Below are positions 39,870 to 52,878 of a stretch of 64,000 nt of DNA, piece after piece. Both the position numbers and the translations under genes were made by a program. Below the pieces are notes generated by a model. The model saw only the letters and a list, made by a program, of their open reading frames with translations. It had not been told where the DNA came from and made no database searches. The number at the start of each line of letters is the position of its first letter. Positions within the stretch are counted from its first letter, which is position 1. Origin of the DNA: Camelus dromedarius (taxonomy: Eukaryota); contig NC_087437.1 in assembly GCF_036321535.1 (NCBI RefSeq), forward strand, positions 95,110,001 to 95,174,000, read 5' to 3'.

Positions 39870-42800
39870 TTTTTTTATTAATGTATAGTTGAGTTACAAT
39901 ATTATATAAGTTTCAGGTGTACAACATACTGGTTCAGTGTTTTTATAGATTGAACTTCATTAAAAGTTATTACAAAATAATGAGTGTAATTCCCTGTGCT
40001 AGTATATCTTTGTTGCTTACCTATTTCATACATAGTAGTTTTTATGTCTTAATCCCATATCCCTATCTTGCCCCTTCTCTCTTCCCTTCCCCATTGGTAA
40101 CAACTAGTTTGTTTTCCATATCTGTGAGTCTTCCTGTTTTGCGATATATATATCCATTTATTTTATTTGTTAGATTCTACATTTAAGTGATTTCATACAG
40201 TATTTTTCTTTCTTTGTCTGACTTATTTTACTAGCATAATATTCTCTGGGTCCATCCATATTACTGCAAATGGCAGGATTTCATTTTTTATAGCTGAGTA
40301 ATATTCCTTCATATATTTAAGAGATATATGTACACCACCGTTTTCTTTATCCATTTGTCATGTTGATGGGCACTTGTGTTGCTTCCTAATCTTAGCTATT
40401 GTAAGTAGTGGTGCTGTGAACACTGAGGTACGTGTATCTTTTTGAATTTTTTTTTTTTGTTTTTTCCAGATATATACCCAGAAGTAGAATTACCAAATCA
40501 TATGGTAGTTCTGTTTTTAGTTTTTTGAGACACCTCCCATTGTTTTCTACAGTGGCTGCTCCAATTTACGTTCCCATCAACAGTGTACAATGATTCCCTT
40601 TTCTGCACATCTTCGCCAACATGACAAAATTTGTGTTCTTTTTGATGATAGCCATTTTGACAGGTGTGAGGTGGTAATTTCATTGTGGGTTCAATTTACA
40701 TTTCTCTGATGATTAACACTGTTGAGCATCTTTTCATGTGCTTATTGGCCATCTGTATGTCTGCTTTGGAAGAATGTCTATTCAGGTCTTTTGCCCATTT
40801 TTTTGATTAGGTTGTTTGGTATTTTTGATATTGAGTTGTGTGAGCTATTTATAGTTTATATATTTTAGATGTTAAACCCTTATTGGTCTCATATTATTTG
40901 CAAGTATTTTCTCCCACTCAGTAGCTTGCCATTTTGTTTTTTTGATGGTTTCCCTTGCTATGCAAAGTTTTTAAGTTTAATTAGGTCTAATTTGTTTATT
41001 TTTGCTTTTACTTATTTTGCTTTATTTATTTCCTCTCTGATCTTTATTATTTCACTCCTGCTAACTTTGGGCTTTGTTTTTTCTTCTTTTTCTAATTTTT
41101 TAGGTGGTAGCTTAGGTTGTTTATTTGAGATTTTTCTTTCTTCTTGGTGAAGGCTTACATTGCTATAAACTTTCCTTTTAAAACTGCCTTTGCTGCATCC
41201 CATAGATTTTGGAAAGACGTGTTTCCATTTTCATTTACCTTGAGGTATTTTCTCATTTTATCTTTGATTTCTTCATTGACTCATTGTTTTATTCATAACA
41301 TGCCATTTATTCTCCATGTCTTTGTTCTTTTTCCATTTTTCTTTCTGTAATTGATTTCTAGTTTCTTACCATGTGGTTGGAAAAAATAATATAATTTCTA
41401 ACCTCTTAAATTTGTTGAGATTGGTTTTGTGGCCTAACATGTGATCCATCCTGGAGAATGTTCTTTATGCACTTGAAAAGAATGTATATTCTGTTTTTAG
41501 ATGGAATGTCCTGTAGATACCTAGTTAAGTCCAATAGGCCTGTTGTGTCATTTAAGACCACTGTTGCTTAATTGATTTTCTCTCTGAATGATCTGTCCAT
41601 TGATTTAAGTGAAGTGTTAAAGTCTCTACTATTATTGTATTATTGTCAATTTGTGCATATTATGTGTGTAAGTATTTGCTTTATATAGAGAGATGCTCCT
41701 GTACTGGGTGCATATACATTAAGGAGTATAATATACTCTTCTTGTATTGATCCACATAAGTTGCTACTCCCATTTTCTTGTCATTTTTGTTTGCAAGAAA
41801 TTTTTTTTCGTCCTCTCAGTTTCAGTCATGTTTAGTTCTGAAGTGAGTCTCTGATAGGCAGTGTATACATGGGTCTTATTTTTTTATCCAATCAGCCACC
41901 ATTTAGTCCATTGACATTTAAAGTAATTATTGATATATATTATATTTATTGCTGTTTTATTACTTGTTTTCTGGTTGTTTTTGGAGTTCTCTGTTTATTA
42001 ATTCTTTTTGTTTTTCTCTTGTGATTTGATGATTTTCTTTAGTATGCTTGTGTTCCTTTCTTTTTAGTTTTTGTATATCTATTATAGGTTTTTCTATAAT
42101 ATTATTATTATATTATCTATATATTATTATAGGTTTGTGGCTACCATGGTGTTGACCTATAACTAACTATATCTACTTGTTTTAAATTGGTAGACATTTG
42201 GGTTCAAATACATTCTAAAAGACCTATGTTTTTTACTCCCCTACCCCATATTTTGCGTTTTTGATGTCATACTTTACTTTGTCATGTTTATCCCTTAACC
42301 ATTTGTTATATTTGCTTTTACAATTTTTTTTGTCCTTTAATCATTGTACTGGCTTATTTAAGTGGTTGATCCTCAGTCTTTACTATATATTTGCCTTTTC
42401 TTGTGGGATTTTCCCATTCCTATAGATTCTTAATTTCTTTTCCACTTAGAGAAGAGTTTCTTTTATGGTAGGTTTAGTTATTGACAAACTCTTTTAGGTT
42501 TTGCTTGTCTGAAAATCCTTTATCTCTCCTTTGATTCTAAATGATAATCTTGCTGAGTAGAGTATATTAGGGTGCAGGATTCCCTGTTAGCACTTTGAAT
42601 ATTTCATGCCACTCCCTTCTGTCTTGCAAAGTTTCTGCAGAAAAATCAGCTGGTAGCCATATAAGGACTTTGTATATGACTCTTTATTTTTCTCTTGCTG
42701 CCTTTAGAATTCTCTCTTTATCTATAAATTTTGCCATTTTAATCGTGATATATCTTGGTGTGAGTCTGTTTGGGTTCATCTTGGTTGTGACCCTCAGTGC

Positions 42801-44457
42801 TTCCTGTACCTGGATACCTGCTCCTTCTTCAGTTTGGGGATGTTTTAAGCCCCAGTTTCCTCAAATACATTTTCAATCTGATCCCTTGTGCATTCTTCTG
42901 TATTACTCTCTTTTTATTCCTTCTAGTGCTTTTTAATTATTATTTCAGTTATTGAAGTCTTCATTTCTGATTAGGTTTTTAAAAATATTTGTTAGTTGCT
43001 AAAATTGTCACTATGTCCATCTATTATTTTTCCTACTTTAGTTAACATTCTTAATACCAATGCTTTGAATTATCTACCTGCTAAATTGTTTATTTCTGTT
43101 TCAATATTTTTTTCAGGAGTTTGCCTTGTGCTTTTAGTTGAGACCAGTTCTTCACCTTTTCATTTTGCTTAACTTTTTCTGCCTCTATGAATTTAGATGA
43201 AATAGTTACCTATTACAGTCTAAAAAGGGTGTTCTTGTGTAGGAGCTTTCCTATGCAGATTGCATGTTCCCACTGTCTCTGGTGGGACACAAGTCATGTC
43301 CTTCTTCAGAGTGTGCTGGCAACTATCACCTTGGTAGAGGGTAGGGCTGAAGATGGAGAGGCTAGAGCTGGAGCCAGGTGGTAGGCAGGATATCACCTCT
43401 GCTCAGTGGCTGTCACCACCCTACTGGGGGCAGAGTCATCCCAAATTGCTGCAGCAGAAACCCTGAGAGTCTGGCCCAAGCTGGCTCTGTTCCTTTTAAA
43501 TGTTTCCTTTCCCCTCTCCCTGCACTGGACCTTTGCCCCAGGGCAGGGGAGGGCTGAAGCATGAAGGGACCTGTGTGTGCACTGAGCTTGTGTTGGCTAT
43601 AGGCAGAGATCTGAGGATGTGCTGCCTGTACAGGTGTTAGCAATTGTTTCACTCCCTCTGCTCAGATGCAGCCTTGGGTCCACGTCCTTCTGTCCCTTAC
43701 AGCCTCCACCACCCTCTCCCTGTTGTGGAGCCACACTGCAGGGCAGGTGGGGCCTGCGTGGTCTCTCAGCATTAATCAGGGCATGAGATGTGGTGGAGCT
43801 GTGGCCATCAGAGTTCTGAGCTACTTTAATGAGCTGCCTGAGTAAGTGCCGACAATGGCTGCTGCCACCCCACCGAGGCTCTGCCCAGGACTTCATCACC
43901 TCTGTGTCCCAAGCTTTTTCCCCAGTTACGGTAGTCCTCGGTACAGTACAGTGCTGGGATGTGGAGTAAGCAGGGCTGGAGTGTTTGTTTGGCTTGGGCT
44001 GGGGTACATGCCGGGGTGGTCACAGGAACTTCTGTCCACACTCTCCACTCTGTCTCGGGGGCTAGACAGCACACTTGCACTCCTCATGGACAGAGTCCAG
44101 GCTTCCCATCACCCTCCTATTAGTCCCAACGGTCCTCTGACCCACCAAGGGAGCTTATCTCTCCTGTGTAGGAATCCAGGACTGGGGCACCCAATCTATG
44201 GCTCTCACTACTCACTCCCCAGGGTGGCTCTCTGCCTGTGTATTATCCCTTTTCCTTTGAGTCTCGTCCCAGGGTCACAGATCCTGACCTGATTGCTTTT
44301 CTTCCCTACTTGATTACATGTGGCTCTTTCTTAAAGCCTTGATTGTACAGGAATCTTTCTACTGGTTTCCAGTTAGTTAGTGAGAATTGTTCCACATGTA
44401 GATGTCATAGAGGGAGGTGAGTTCTGAGTCCTTCTGCTTTGCTATCTTGATTGATCT
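39870..44457 (-). mobile_element. L1 retaining 5'UTR, ORF1 remnant, ORF2 N-terminus, ORF2 C-terminus and 3'UTR, but lacking the central RT region
   Basis: 3' end at about 39870; ORF2 C-terminal remnant 40498-40683; ORF2 post-endonuclease remnant 41012-41203 (KKLEKEEKTKPKVSRSEIIKIREEIN); GC-richer 5'UTR 43300-44457 beginning with a decayed YY1-type motif CAAGATAGC on the minus strand. Frameshifted and non-coding. Confidence 0.9.
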
Positions 44458-44909
44458 GGGGGCAGGGATATATTAATTTTAAAATTTTAACTGTGGCCAT
44501 AGTGTTTTCTTCTTGTTTCTTATGTAGAATTTTGAGTTAGCTATTTTGTTGTAAAAAAGGATATACATTTTGATTTATTTTACAAATTTATCTTAAAAAT
44601 ACTAGCTTTAAATAAATATCATAATGCAGTATAATAAATATAAAAAAATACAATGATAGCCCTTTAAAAATATGTTCTTGGCAATCCAGGCTGCTTTCAA
44701 CATGACACAAGTGCAACAGACAAGTTTTCACTCAAAAATATCTCATTAATTTAAGATTTTAATTACACATTTTAATGTCCATAAAGTGAACTGATGAACA
44801 AAATTAATCAACTTACTGCCACCTAGTTGGGCCATACAAAGATATATAAGGACTATTCCCAGTCCTGACTTCTAAACATGCTACCTGCCTGGAAATGGCT
44901 TTTGATAGA

Positions 44910-45092
44910 TATATCGTTGCCAGATTCATCTGCACATTGGAATCTCCTAAAAATAGTGATATTTGTGTTTTCCACCCCATCCCACCCTCTCCCCCAAGAT
45001 TGTGAATTAATGGGATCAAGGTATGGCCTGGAATTTGGAATTTTAAAAAAATCCAGGTGTTTCTATTGTGCAGTTAAATTTTGGAGTCACTT
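44910..45092. mobile_element. MER5B-like hAT-Charlie element
   Basis: ctgcacattggaatctcct...ggtatggcctggaatttggaattttaaaaaaatccaggtgtttctattgtgcag...ttggagtcactt. Confidence 0.65.
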
Positions 45093-45392
45093 GTCTAGAT
45101 CTTTGAGGTATGAATTATAAGGGTCAAATTTACAACTACACCAGATTGTTTCCTTACAGAAACACATCTGAAGATACAGTCTGCTTTTCTTTTTTTTATA
45201 GTTTTTAAAATTCTAAAATACATTAATAATTGATATTGATAGGAAGACTGATATACAATGCAATTATTTATTTTATAAGGAAATTCTGTACATCAGGGGA
45301 GCATTTTGAAGCACAATACATTAGCTTTTCTTTCTTCTTTACATTATGATTGTGAATTGTTACTTACATGGAAAAAGAACACAAAAACATTT

Positions 45393-45433
45393 CTCTCTCT
45401 CTCCACACACACACACACACACACACGCGCACG

Positions 45434-45464
<31 letters not shown>
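45393..45464. repeat. Compound microsatellite (CT)n(CA)n(CG)n(CA)n
   Basis: Read directly from the sequence. Confidence 0.95.
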
Positions 45465-47183
45465 CCTGAAAAGACTTGACCCCCAAAGCATCTTATTTCA
45501 AAAGAACATGAATGAGATGAACGATGAACTAGATTCCTCAGTGGCACGTAGAAAGCAGAAAGCTCAGGAAATCAAATTCTGTTTCAAGCTTGATACATTA
45601 AGGGAGAGAAAGGCAGTGAAAGAAAGGTTTGAAAAATGTCATCTGAGACCGCAGAGAAGGCTAGCTTAAGCCAAGTAGTCTCCAACAAGACACAAAGGTT
45701 AGAAGTCATTTTAGCAGTTAATGTGTGGCCACCGTATATACAGACCTCTAACAACTTTGTAATTGTCACTTATCCTTCCTCAGTCACACCAAATGTTAAT
45801 GAGCTTCAAGGAGATGTGGGCCCAGTGTATCTCCACAGCCATTATGGAGCCTAATGCGTATGTGAGAGTGAATGGGCTCGCGTGCTCATTCCCACACTTA
45901 ACTAATAGTAGCGAATCATACAGCGTTGTTGCTTTTTCTTACCTTTGCTATTCTGACTCCATCCAGTTGTCAGCTACGAATGATTTTCTGTGGAGGCAGA
46001 TGTGTTCATTGTTGGGATTGGTGATGTGCCTAGTAGGTAATTTAAGACCTATTGAGTTCCTTTCTTTTGTTCTCCACTTCCCCACCTTTTCTCCTTTATG
46101 AATACAAGACAGACAAAAATAAGGAAAGCATTTTTTAAAGCCTTGATGAAATTATACATGGATCAATATTTTAAAAGTTAAACCAATGGAAACATTTATT
46201 GAACACTTACCAAAACAACATTGTCAGTTAGGACTCTCATCCCATTTTATAGCTGAGGAAACTAAAACAAAGAAAGACCAATAACATTCTCTTTGGGTAC
46301 ATTCTTTTATTTTAAATCAAGTTAAAATTCCTGCTGCAGTCAACATACCTATCTGGATAATTTTCCCAGCTTTAACCGGGGAGAGGAATTGTTTGAGTAT
46401 TATGAATCTTGACAGCCCAGAACATAATTGGCCAAAAGCAGCTGTTTCTTATAGTCTTAAATCTCTGAAGGTTTCGATGTCTTGAGCAGTTGAAGATATG
46501 TGAATTGTGATGAATAATTACTTTTATCTAACAGGATTAATTAAACATTCCTTCTTCCCATCTTTGAAATTTTGAGGATTGCTCCTTAGTGTATGGCAGT
46601 AGTATGTATGATCTTTATTTTCTAGGAAAGTCCCAGTTCAGAAAAATTCCCTCCTATTGCCAAATAGGTCATCTGAAACACATCAAATGTTGTATCCAGA
46701 TTTTTGTTTTAAAATATGTGATCGTTATTTCTAAAAATGGCTTATAGTTCAGAAGAAATTATGTTGAGAATTAAAACAACCACCACAACACAGCCACTGT
46801 TTCCTGCTCAAATGAAGTTTACTTGATCATCTTTTATGTTGATAATGTCAAACTCAGCCAAAGCACAAATGATTTGTCCCCCAAGAAAAATGTTGCTTTT
46901 TAACTGGTATGCTCATATTCCTGGTCACTCAGTTAAACAAGAGACTGTTCAATTAGTGCAACATGACTTATTTTTAAACTTATACTTCATTTTATATTAA
47001 ACTCTATAATTTATGTTGCCTAATAGGGCAGTCGATAGAAATGTTTTTCTTTCCAATGAAAGCATTTAAAAAATACATCCCATGAGCAAGATTCATTTAA
47101 AAAGCTTAAACCATTCTGAAAAACAAAGAAGCCTTTTTTTTCATTGATTCAGCCCTCCCCACCTTGGATTTCTCTTTCTTCTG

Positions 47184-47274
47184 TCTTTCCTTCCTCCCTC
47201 CCTCCCTCCTTCCCTCCCTTCCTTCCTTCCTTCCTTCCTTCTCTCTCTCTTCTCTTTCCTTTCCTTTCTTTTTC
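47184..47274. repeat. Polypyrimidine tract with (CCCT)n/(CCTT)n/(CT)n repeats
   Basis: About 90 nt containing only C/T on the + strand. Confidence 0.9.
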
Positions 47275-49589
47275 AAGTTTCAAGCCCTAGCATTTCCCTA
47301 ATTGTGCTGATGAAAATAATACCTTTGGCCTTCGAGGAAAGCATGGGTATTGGTAACCAGCATCGTCAGCAGCAGTATTCTGCTGCTGCTGAAGGGAACT
47401 GACTGCAGTCTGCATTAGCACCCCTCACACTCCAAACCATTCCTCCCTTCCCCCGTCCAGAGGCAGCTTCCAAACTACCAACTTGTTTCATGTCAAATGC
47501 ATGTTGGGCTCTGCAATAAATCATTGATGAACAGCCAACTCTCTATTTTGGAGGTGCAGCCTCTGAACATTGATTAATGTGATTCTTCGAGAATGGAACA
47601 ATGGCCCGCGTGCATATGCACAAGAAAAGCTCAAGAAAAGCTCATCCACTGCAATAGATAGCTTTGTTCCATGTGCTCCAGCCTCTGTCCTTACAGTGTT
47701 CTCTTTCTGGGCTTAGCACAGACCTCAGCTAATTGATTAACAGAACCTTTAGGCTGCCTGAGGTGGGCCTAAAACAGGGATGTAATCAGAGGTTTTGAAA
47801 GACTCCATTCTTGTCTTTGGGGATTCCTGCAGACACATATGGCAGCGACAATAGGCAGAACAGCAAGACTTCTTATTTTTGAAAATTTTGGTGAATTTCA
47901 ATGATAATTTGTTTCTGCGTATTACTCTTTTTCTTTAAACCATTTTTTTGTAGTTGACAGGTATTTTTAAGAAAAAATTCATATTAGATTACTCCTTATT
48001 GCATTTATATTATCTTTCCTTTTTTTATTGATATGCTAGGAAACCCATTTTCTGTTTTAACAGTTGTTCATAAATACTGAATATCCATGGACAGTTAAAT
48101 AGATAATCACAAAATTTTGATCACAAAGTGCAGCTCAGTTTAGCCTTTAGTATCAAAGTAATGTATAATTTATCAGAGGAATGAACAAAAATTAGGTAAA
48201 CATTGAAGAATATTCAGTGTTTTTCAGTATTGTTTATTTATTTTATAATGTAAATCATTGAGTATTTTTCATTTTTTAATTTTTAAAAATTAGTCAAATA
48301 TACATTTAGTAGTAATAATAATGGTACATTAATTGGCATTTTTACTTATTTTTCATAGTCCTGAATTTTTCTTGTCAGATTATCTTTGAGACTGAGTGAT
48401 ATGTTGGCTGAGGGAAATGTTAATGAAGTTTTTTTTTTTTAACAGTTAAAACTACATATTCTTTTGATTTGACCTTTGAATTTTATAGGTAAAGTAACTT
48501 TTTATAGGCAAAGAAATTGAGATTCAGGTACGTGTTGAAAAGGTGAAACACTTCTGGCAAAACCTTACTTCCGAGTGTCCTAGAAATATTACTAGAAGTT
48601 TTATAGTCTTATATCCTTCTCCCCTTTTTATGAACAGGAAAGTTAAAGAAAACAAGTATGTCAAAGTTCAGAACTGGTGGGCAGGGAAGAAAAGAACAGA
48701 AACCCTTTTGTGGTCTTTCTCATATTAATTCATGATCTATAGTCTTTCCTCTTTCAAAAGAGAGGTTTCTCATAACAGATCCTAGAGAAAAATCTGCCAT
48801 AAAATAATATTTTAGAGAAGTCTGGTTTATACTGTAGAAAATAATTTACTTCTATAAAATAGGAAAAAAATATAGGTGATTTTTCATTTATACAGGAGAG
48901 ATTTTTTTCACCCCCAAAGTGTAATACATTGTTTTAACTTTGAAGTTATTTTCAAATTAAAATTATGGGGTGATTGATACTTTATAAGTAGTAATATTTA
49001 TATATGAGGCATGGGCTTAATATTAATAAACAGCCTATACATGAGACCTAGCAGTGATTCTGTAACAAATGCATTTGAAATTTTAACTTGAGATATCAAG
49101 AACTTACCACCCAGTGAGCTGTGCTTACCACAGTGGCAGTGGATGAGTGGGGGCTAGGTAAAGGGATAGGTGTTGCGGGCATTCTTTACTTGAGCTGAAT
49201 GAGGTTTTCTTTTCATGAAATCTAGTGGACTAAGGTTGGGAGGAAAAGCAAAGGGCAGTAGTGGTTGACCTGGTGGAGTAGAGGACTGTGGGAAACTTCT
49301 CTCTCAAGAATGCAGTGGGAAGAGGAATTCCTATAGTAGTTGATTTCCTGTGTGGGATGTAAGGAAACTCAGAGATGTGTAAACTAGGTATGATCTCAGA
49401 TAAACGGTGCATTTAGACCTAAAAATCAAGAGAACTAAACTCTTCAGAAACTTAAACTAAGCACTTTCTCCACTGATCTACTTGCTGAAAATATTAAGTC
49501 ATTTCATTTGATTGACTTAGAGCAAGACTTTTTTTTTTAAAGTCTTTTATTTTGGCACTCAATAATAGAAATGATGATGATGCTAATGA

Positions 49590-49815
49590 TAATAATAGTA
49601 CCAATAAATATTTCTTGAGCAATTTCTGTTAAAACTCACTGTGCTAAACACTTTATATATTTTTTACAGTTATTCCACATAATATAATGCAACATTTATT
49701 ATTACCCCCATTTTAATTGAGGCTTTAGAGAAATTACACAACTTGCCCAAATTGATTATGTTGGGCAGTGTCTTCTCACACCAGATCTGTCTTCCAGATT
49801 CCATGCTCTAACCAT
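49590..49815 (-). mobile_element. MIR SINE
   Basis: cactgtgctaaacactttata...attacccccatttt...gaggctttagagaaattacacaacttgcccaa...ccatgctctaacca. Confidence 0.7.
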
Positions 49816-51149
49816 TAGTCTATCTCAACCACAACTAAACCACCAAACTTACGTTTTCTCCCACCAAGTCATAATTTGTATCACATCTACTTAGAGATGT
49901 CAACCTGCATAAGAATCATTAATGAACTGATTTTTCACCCTGTCTCAAATGGAAACACTTTCTTCTCAGTTAATTCACTCTTTTTATTCCCCAATATTTA
50001 TTTTGCCAGGCTTTCTACTGCTGTCAGGTACTTAGTGTGATGAAAAGACAGTACTGTATGTGCTTATATTCTATTTGTGTTTTCTAGTTGTTTGAAGGAT
50101 TCGACTATATTGATTTTTAATGAGGGACTCTGACCATCTTTTCCCTCCATGAGAGCCCTATCCCTGGACTAGATCTTTCCTGAGATGGCCAAATCTTTGC
50201 TCTTACTTTCAGTGCAACAAAGCACTTAATTTCAGTGAAACACCCCTACCTTTATCCTTCATTTGACATTTGATTGTCTGATATTTTATAGTCTTATGGT
50301 CTCAAATTTCCATTTTCATAGGCCTTGAGTTACGATGAATATACTCCATGCAATAAAAAAAAAAACAGAATAAACTTATTATAAATAACAATATTTTAAG
50401 ATGTTGTATTTGTTCTTTTAGTTTGATCCTGTATACTCTCATTTCCTAAGGTAATAGCTCGCTCTATAGTTCCAAGAACCTGCCTTCTATTATTATGAAG
50501 CTCCCAGTGTGTTTTCTCATATGTCACTGTTCATATTCTCAGGCACTGGAAGACACAGTAAGCATACAGGTGGCCCTAATGGTGTACTACAAACTTACAA
50601 ACTCTCATAGCAGTGCAATGTTCATATATTTTAAAGGAAAGTAAGTGCTTCTCATGCCTTTATCATCTTTAAGGCTCAGAAATATTATTAGCTTCACAGT
50701 ACAGGGATGTGTATTAAATCTGAATGGAATCTAACCTTACTTCTACAGTGAAATTTCTGCATATAGATTAAGGATCCTGTGCTACCTCTAAACAATTTAA
50801 CATTATTAATATTTTAAATCTTGGGAAAAATTAGAGACTTTACTAATTATTTAGGCTTAGGCTTAAAATGATCATATTTAAAGTTAAAATTATAATTACT
50901 GGTTATTGTTGAGATTTTCTTTTCTACAACTTTTGTATAATTTTGGTTTTTTTAAAACATAAGTTTAAGTTTCATGACAGTCCCAAACATCCTAACTAAA
51001 AAGCTTATCATTCGAAATGACTCTAGCAAGAATTGTAAAAAGTGCCTGGAAACATTCTATATTGCCACTTCACATAAATATCATTGTAAAACAATTGAAG
51101 AGGAAACATTATGATAATTATACTTGTGCCAATTTAAAAAGTAGTGATC

Positions 51150-51268
51150 ATTTGAGGGTGATGGATCTGTTTATGGCATAGAGTGTGGTGTTGGTTTCAT
51201 GATTATATACTCATTTCCCAACCTATCAAGTTGTGTGCATTAAATAGAGCTGTTTGTATGTCAAAAAA
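51150..51268 (+). mobile_element. Short old L1 (L1MC/MD-like) 3' end
   Basis: tttgagggtgatggatctgtttatggcatagagtgtggtgttggtttcatg...tcaagttgtgtgcattaaata...gtatgtcaaaaaa. Confidence 0.65.
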
Positions 51269-51612
51269 GGTAATGATAGTAGGTTTTGTCATGAGATTAT
51301 TTTTCCCAATATGTCAGACAACTGATATTTTAGATTAAAAATTTTTTTCCTCTAATGTTGAGAAAAATACTTTTAAATTATAAAAGACTGCTGAAGTGTT
51401 AGGAAGTCTTTTCCCACTGAAAGGACCATTCTAGGGTCAGAGATTAACTTTTGAGTGTGGTTTGTTGTGAACACAAAAGCAAAATAACACAGGACTACTT
51501 CAGTGCTGATTATGTCTCTCCTAATTTTGGAATTGTAGGTCTCATATTATTTGTTTGATACTCTAAAATAGCTGATATCTCATATTAGTTGTTTGATAGT
51601 GTTTGGTAAATT

Positions 51613-52878
51613 CATTTTTTGATTTATTAAAATGCCAAAATATATTGTTTTATTTCCTAAGATGAAACTTACTTGTATTCCTGCTCTGAATTTCACTTGC
51701 CCATCAGGTATCATTATTTTAACATAATGCTAAAACCTATTTTTTGTTTGTTTGTTTGTTTTAATTTTATTTTATTGAGTTGTAATCAGTTTACAATGTT
51801 GTGTCAATTTCCAGTGTAGAGCACAACTTTTCAGTTATACATGAACTTACATATATTCATTGTCACATTCTTTTTCACCATGAGCTACCACAAGATCTTG
51901 TATATATTTCCCTGTGCTATACAGTATAATCTTGTCTATCTATTCTATATATATCTATCAGTATCTACAAATGTTGAACTCCCAGTCTGTCTCTTCACAC
52001 CCCCCTCCCCCCTGGCAACCACAAGTTTGTATTCTATGTCTATGAGTCTGTTTCTGTTTTATATTTATGTTCATTTGTCTCTTTCTTCCTTTTTCTTTGT
52101 TGTTGTGTGTTTTGTTTTGTTTTGTTTTGTTTTTAGATACCACATATGAGTGATCTCATATGGTATTTTTCTTTCTTTTTCTGGCTTACTTCATTTAGAA
52201 TAACATTCTCCAGGGACATCCATGTAGCTGCAAATGGCATTATGTTTTCATTCTTATGGCTGAATAGTATTCCATTGTATAAATATACCACATCTTCTTT
52301 ATCCAGTCATCTGCCCATGGACATTTAGGCTGTTCCCATGTCTTGGCTGTTGTAAACAGTGCTGCTATGAACATTGGGGTGCAGGTGTCTTTTTGAAGTA
52401 GGGTTCCTTCTGGATACATGTCCAGGAATGAGATGACTGGGTCATATGGTAAGTCTATTCCTAGTCTTTTGAGGAATCTCTGTACCGTTTTCCACAGTGG
52501 CTGCACCAAACAGCATTTCCACCAGCAGTGTAGGAGGGTTGCCTTTTCTCCACACCCTCTCCAGCATTTATCATTTGTGGACTGTTGAATGATGGCCATT
52601 CTTACTGGAGTGAAGTGATGCCTCATTGTAGTTTTGATCTGCATTTCTCTGATAATTAGTGATATTGAGCATTTTTTCTTGTGATTATTTTTATGTCTTC
52701 ATTAGAGAATTGCTTATTTCGGTCTTCTGCCCATTTTTGGATTGGGTAGTTTGTTTTTATCTTATTAAGTCATATGAGCTTCTTATATATTCTGGAGATC
52801 AAGCCTTTGGCAGTTTCATCTTTTGCAAAAATTTTCTTCCATTCCATAGGTTGCCGTTTTGTTTTGCTTATGGTTTCC
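51613..52878 (-). mobile_element. 5'-truncated young L1 (ORF2 C-terminus plus 3'UTR) with probable 3'-transduced segment
   Basis: ORF 52240-52644(-) [19 protein letters not shown]...CWRGCGEK...HCWW... is the L1 ORF2 Cys-rich C-terminus. T/(TTTG)n tail 51740-51762. Exact 14-bp repeat gtgtttggtaaatt at 51599-51612 and 52879-52892. Confidence 0.9.

Noticed and set aside
43846..44292. 148-aa ORF antisense in the L1 5'UTR (ORF0-like position)
   Set aside because: GC-rich decayed repeat where long open frames occur by chance; GTG start and no recognisable similarity to primate ORF0.
52240..52644. 134-aa ORF as a host gene
   Set aside because: L1 ORF2 C-terminal remnant in a 5'-truncated element with no promoter.
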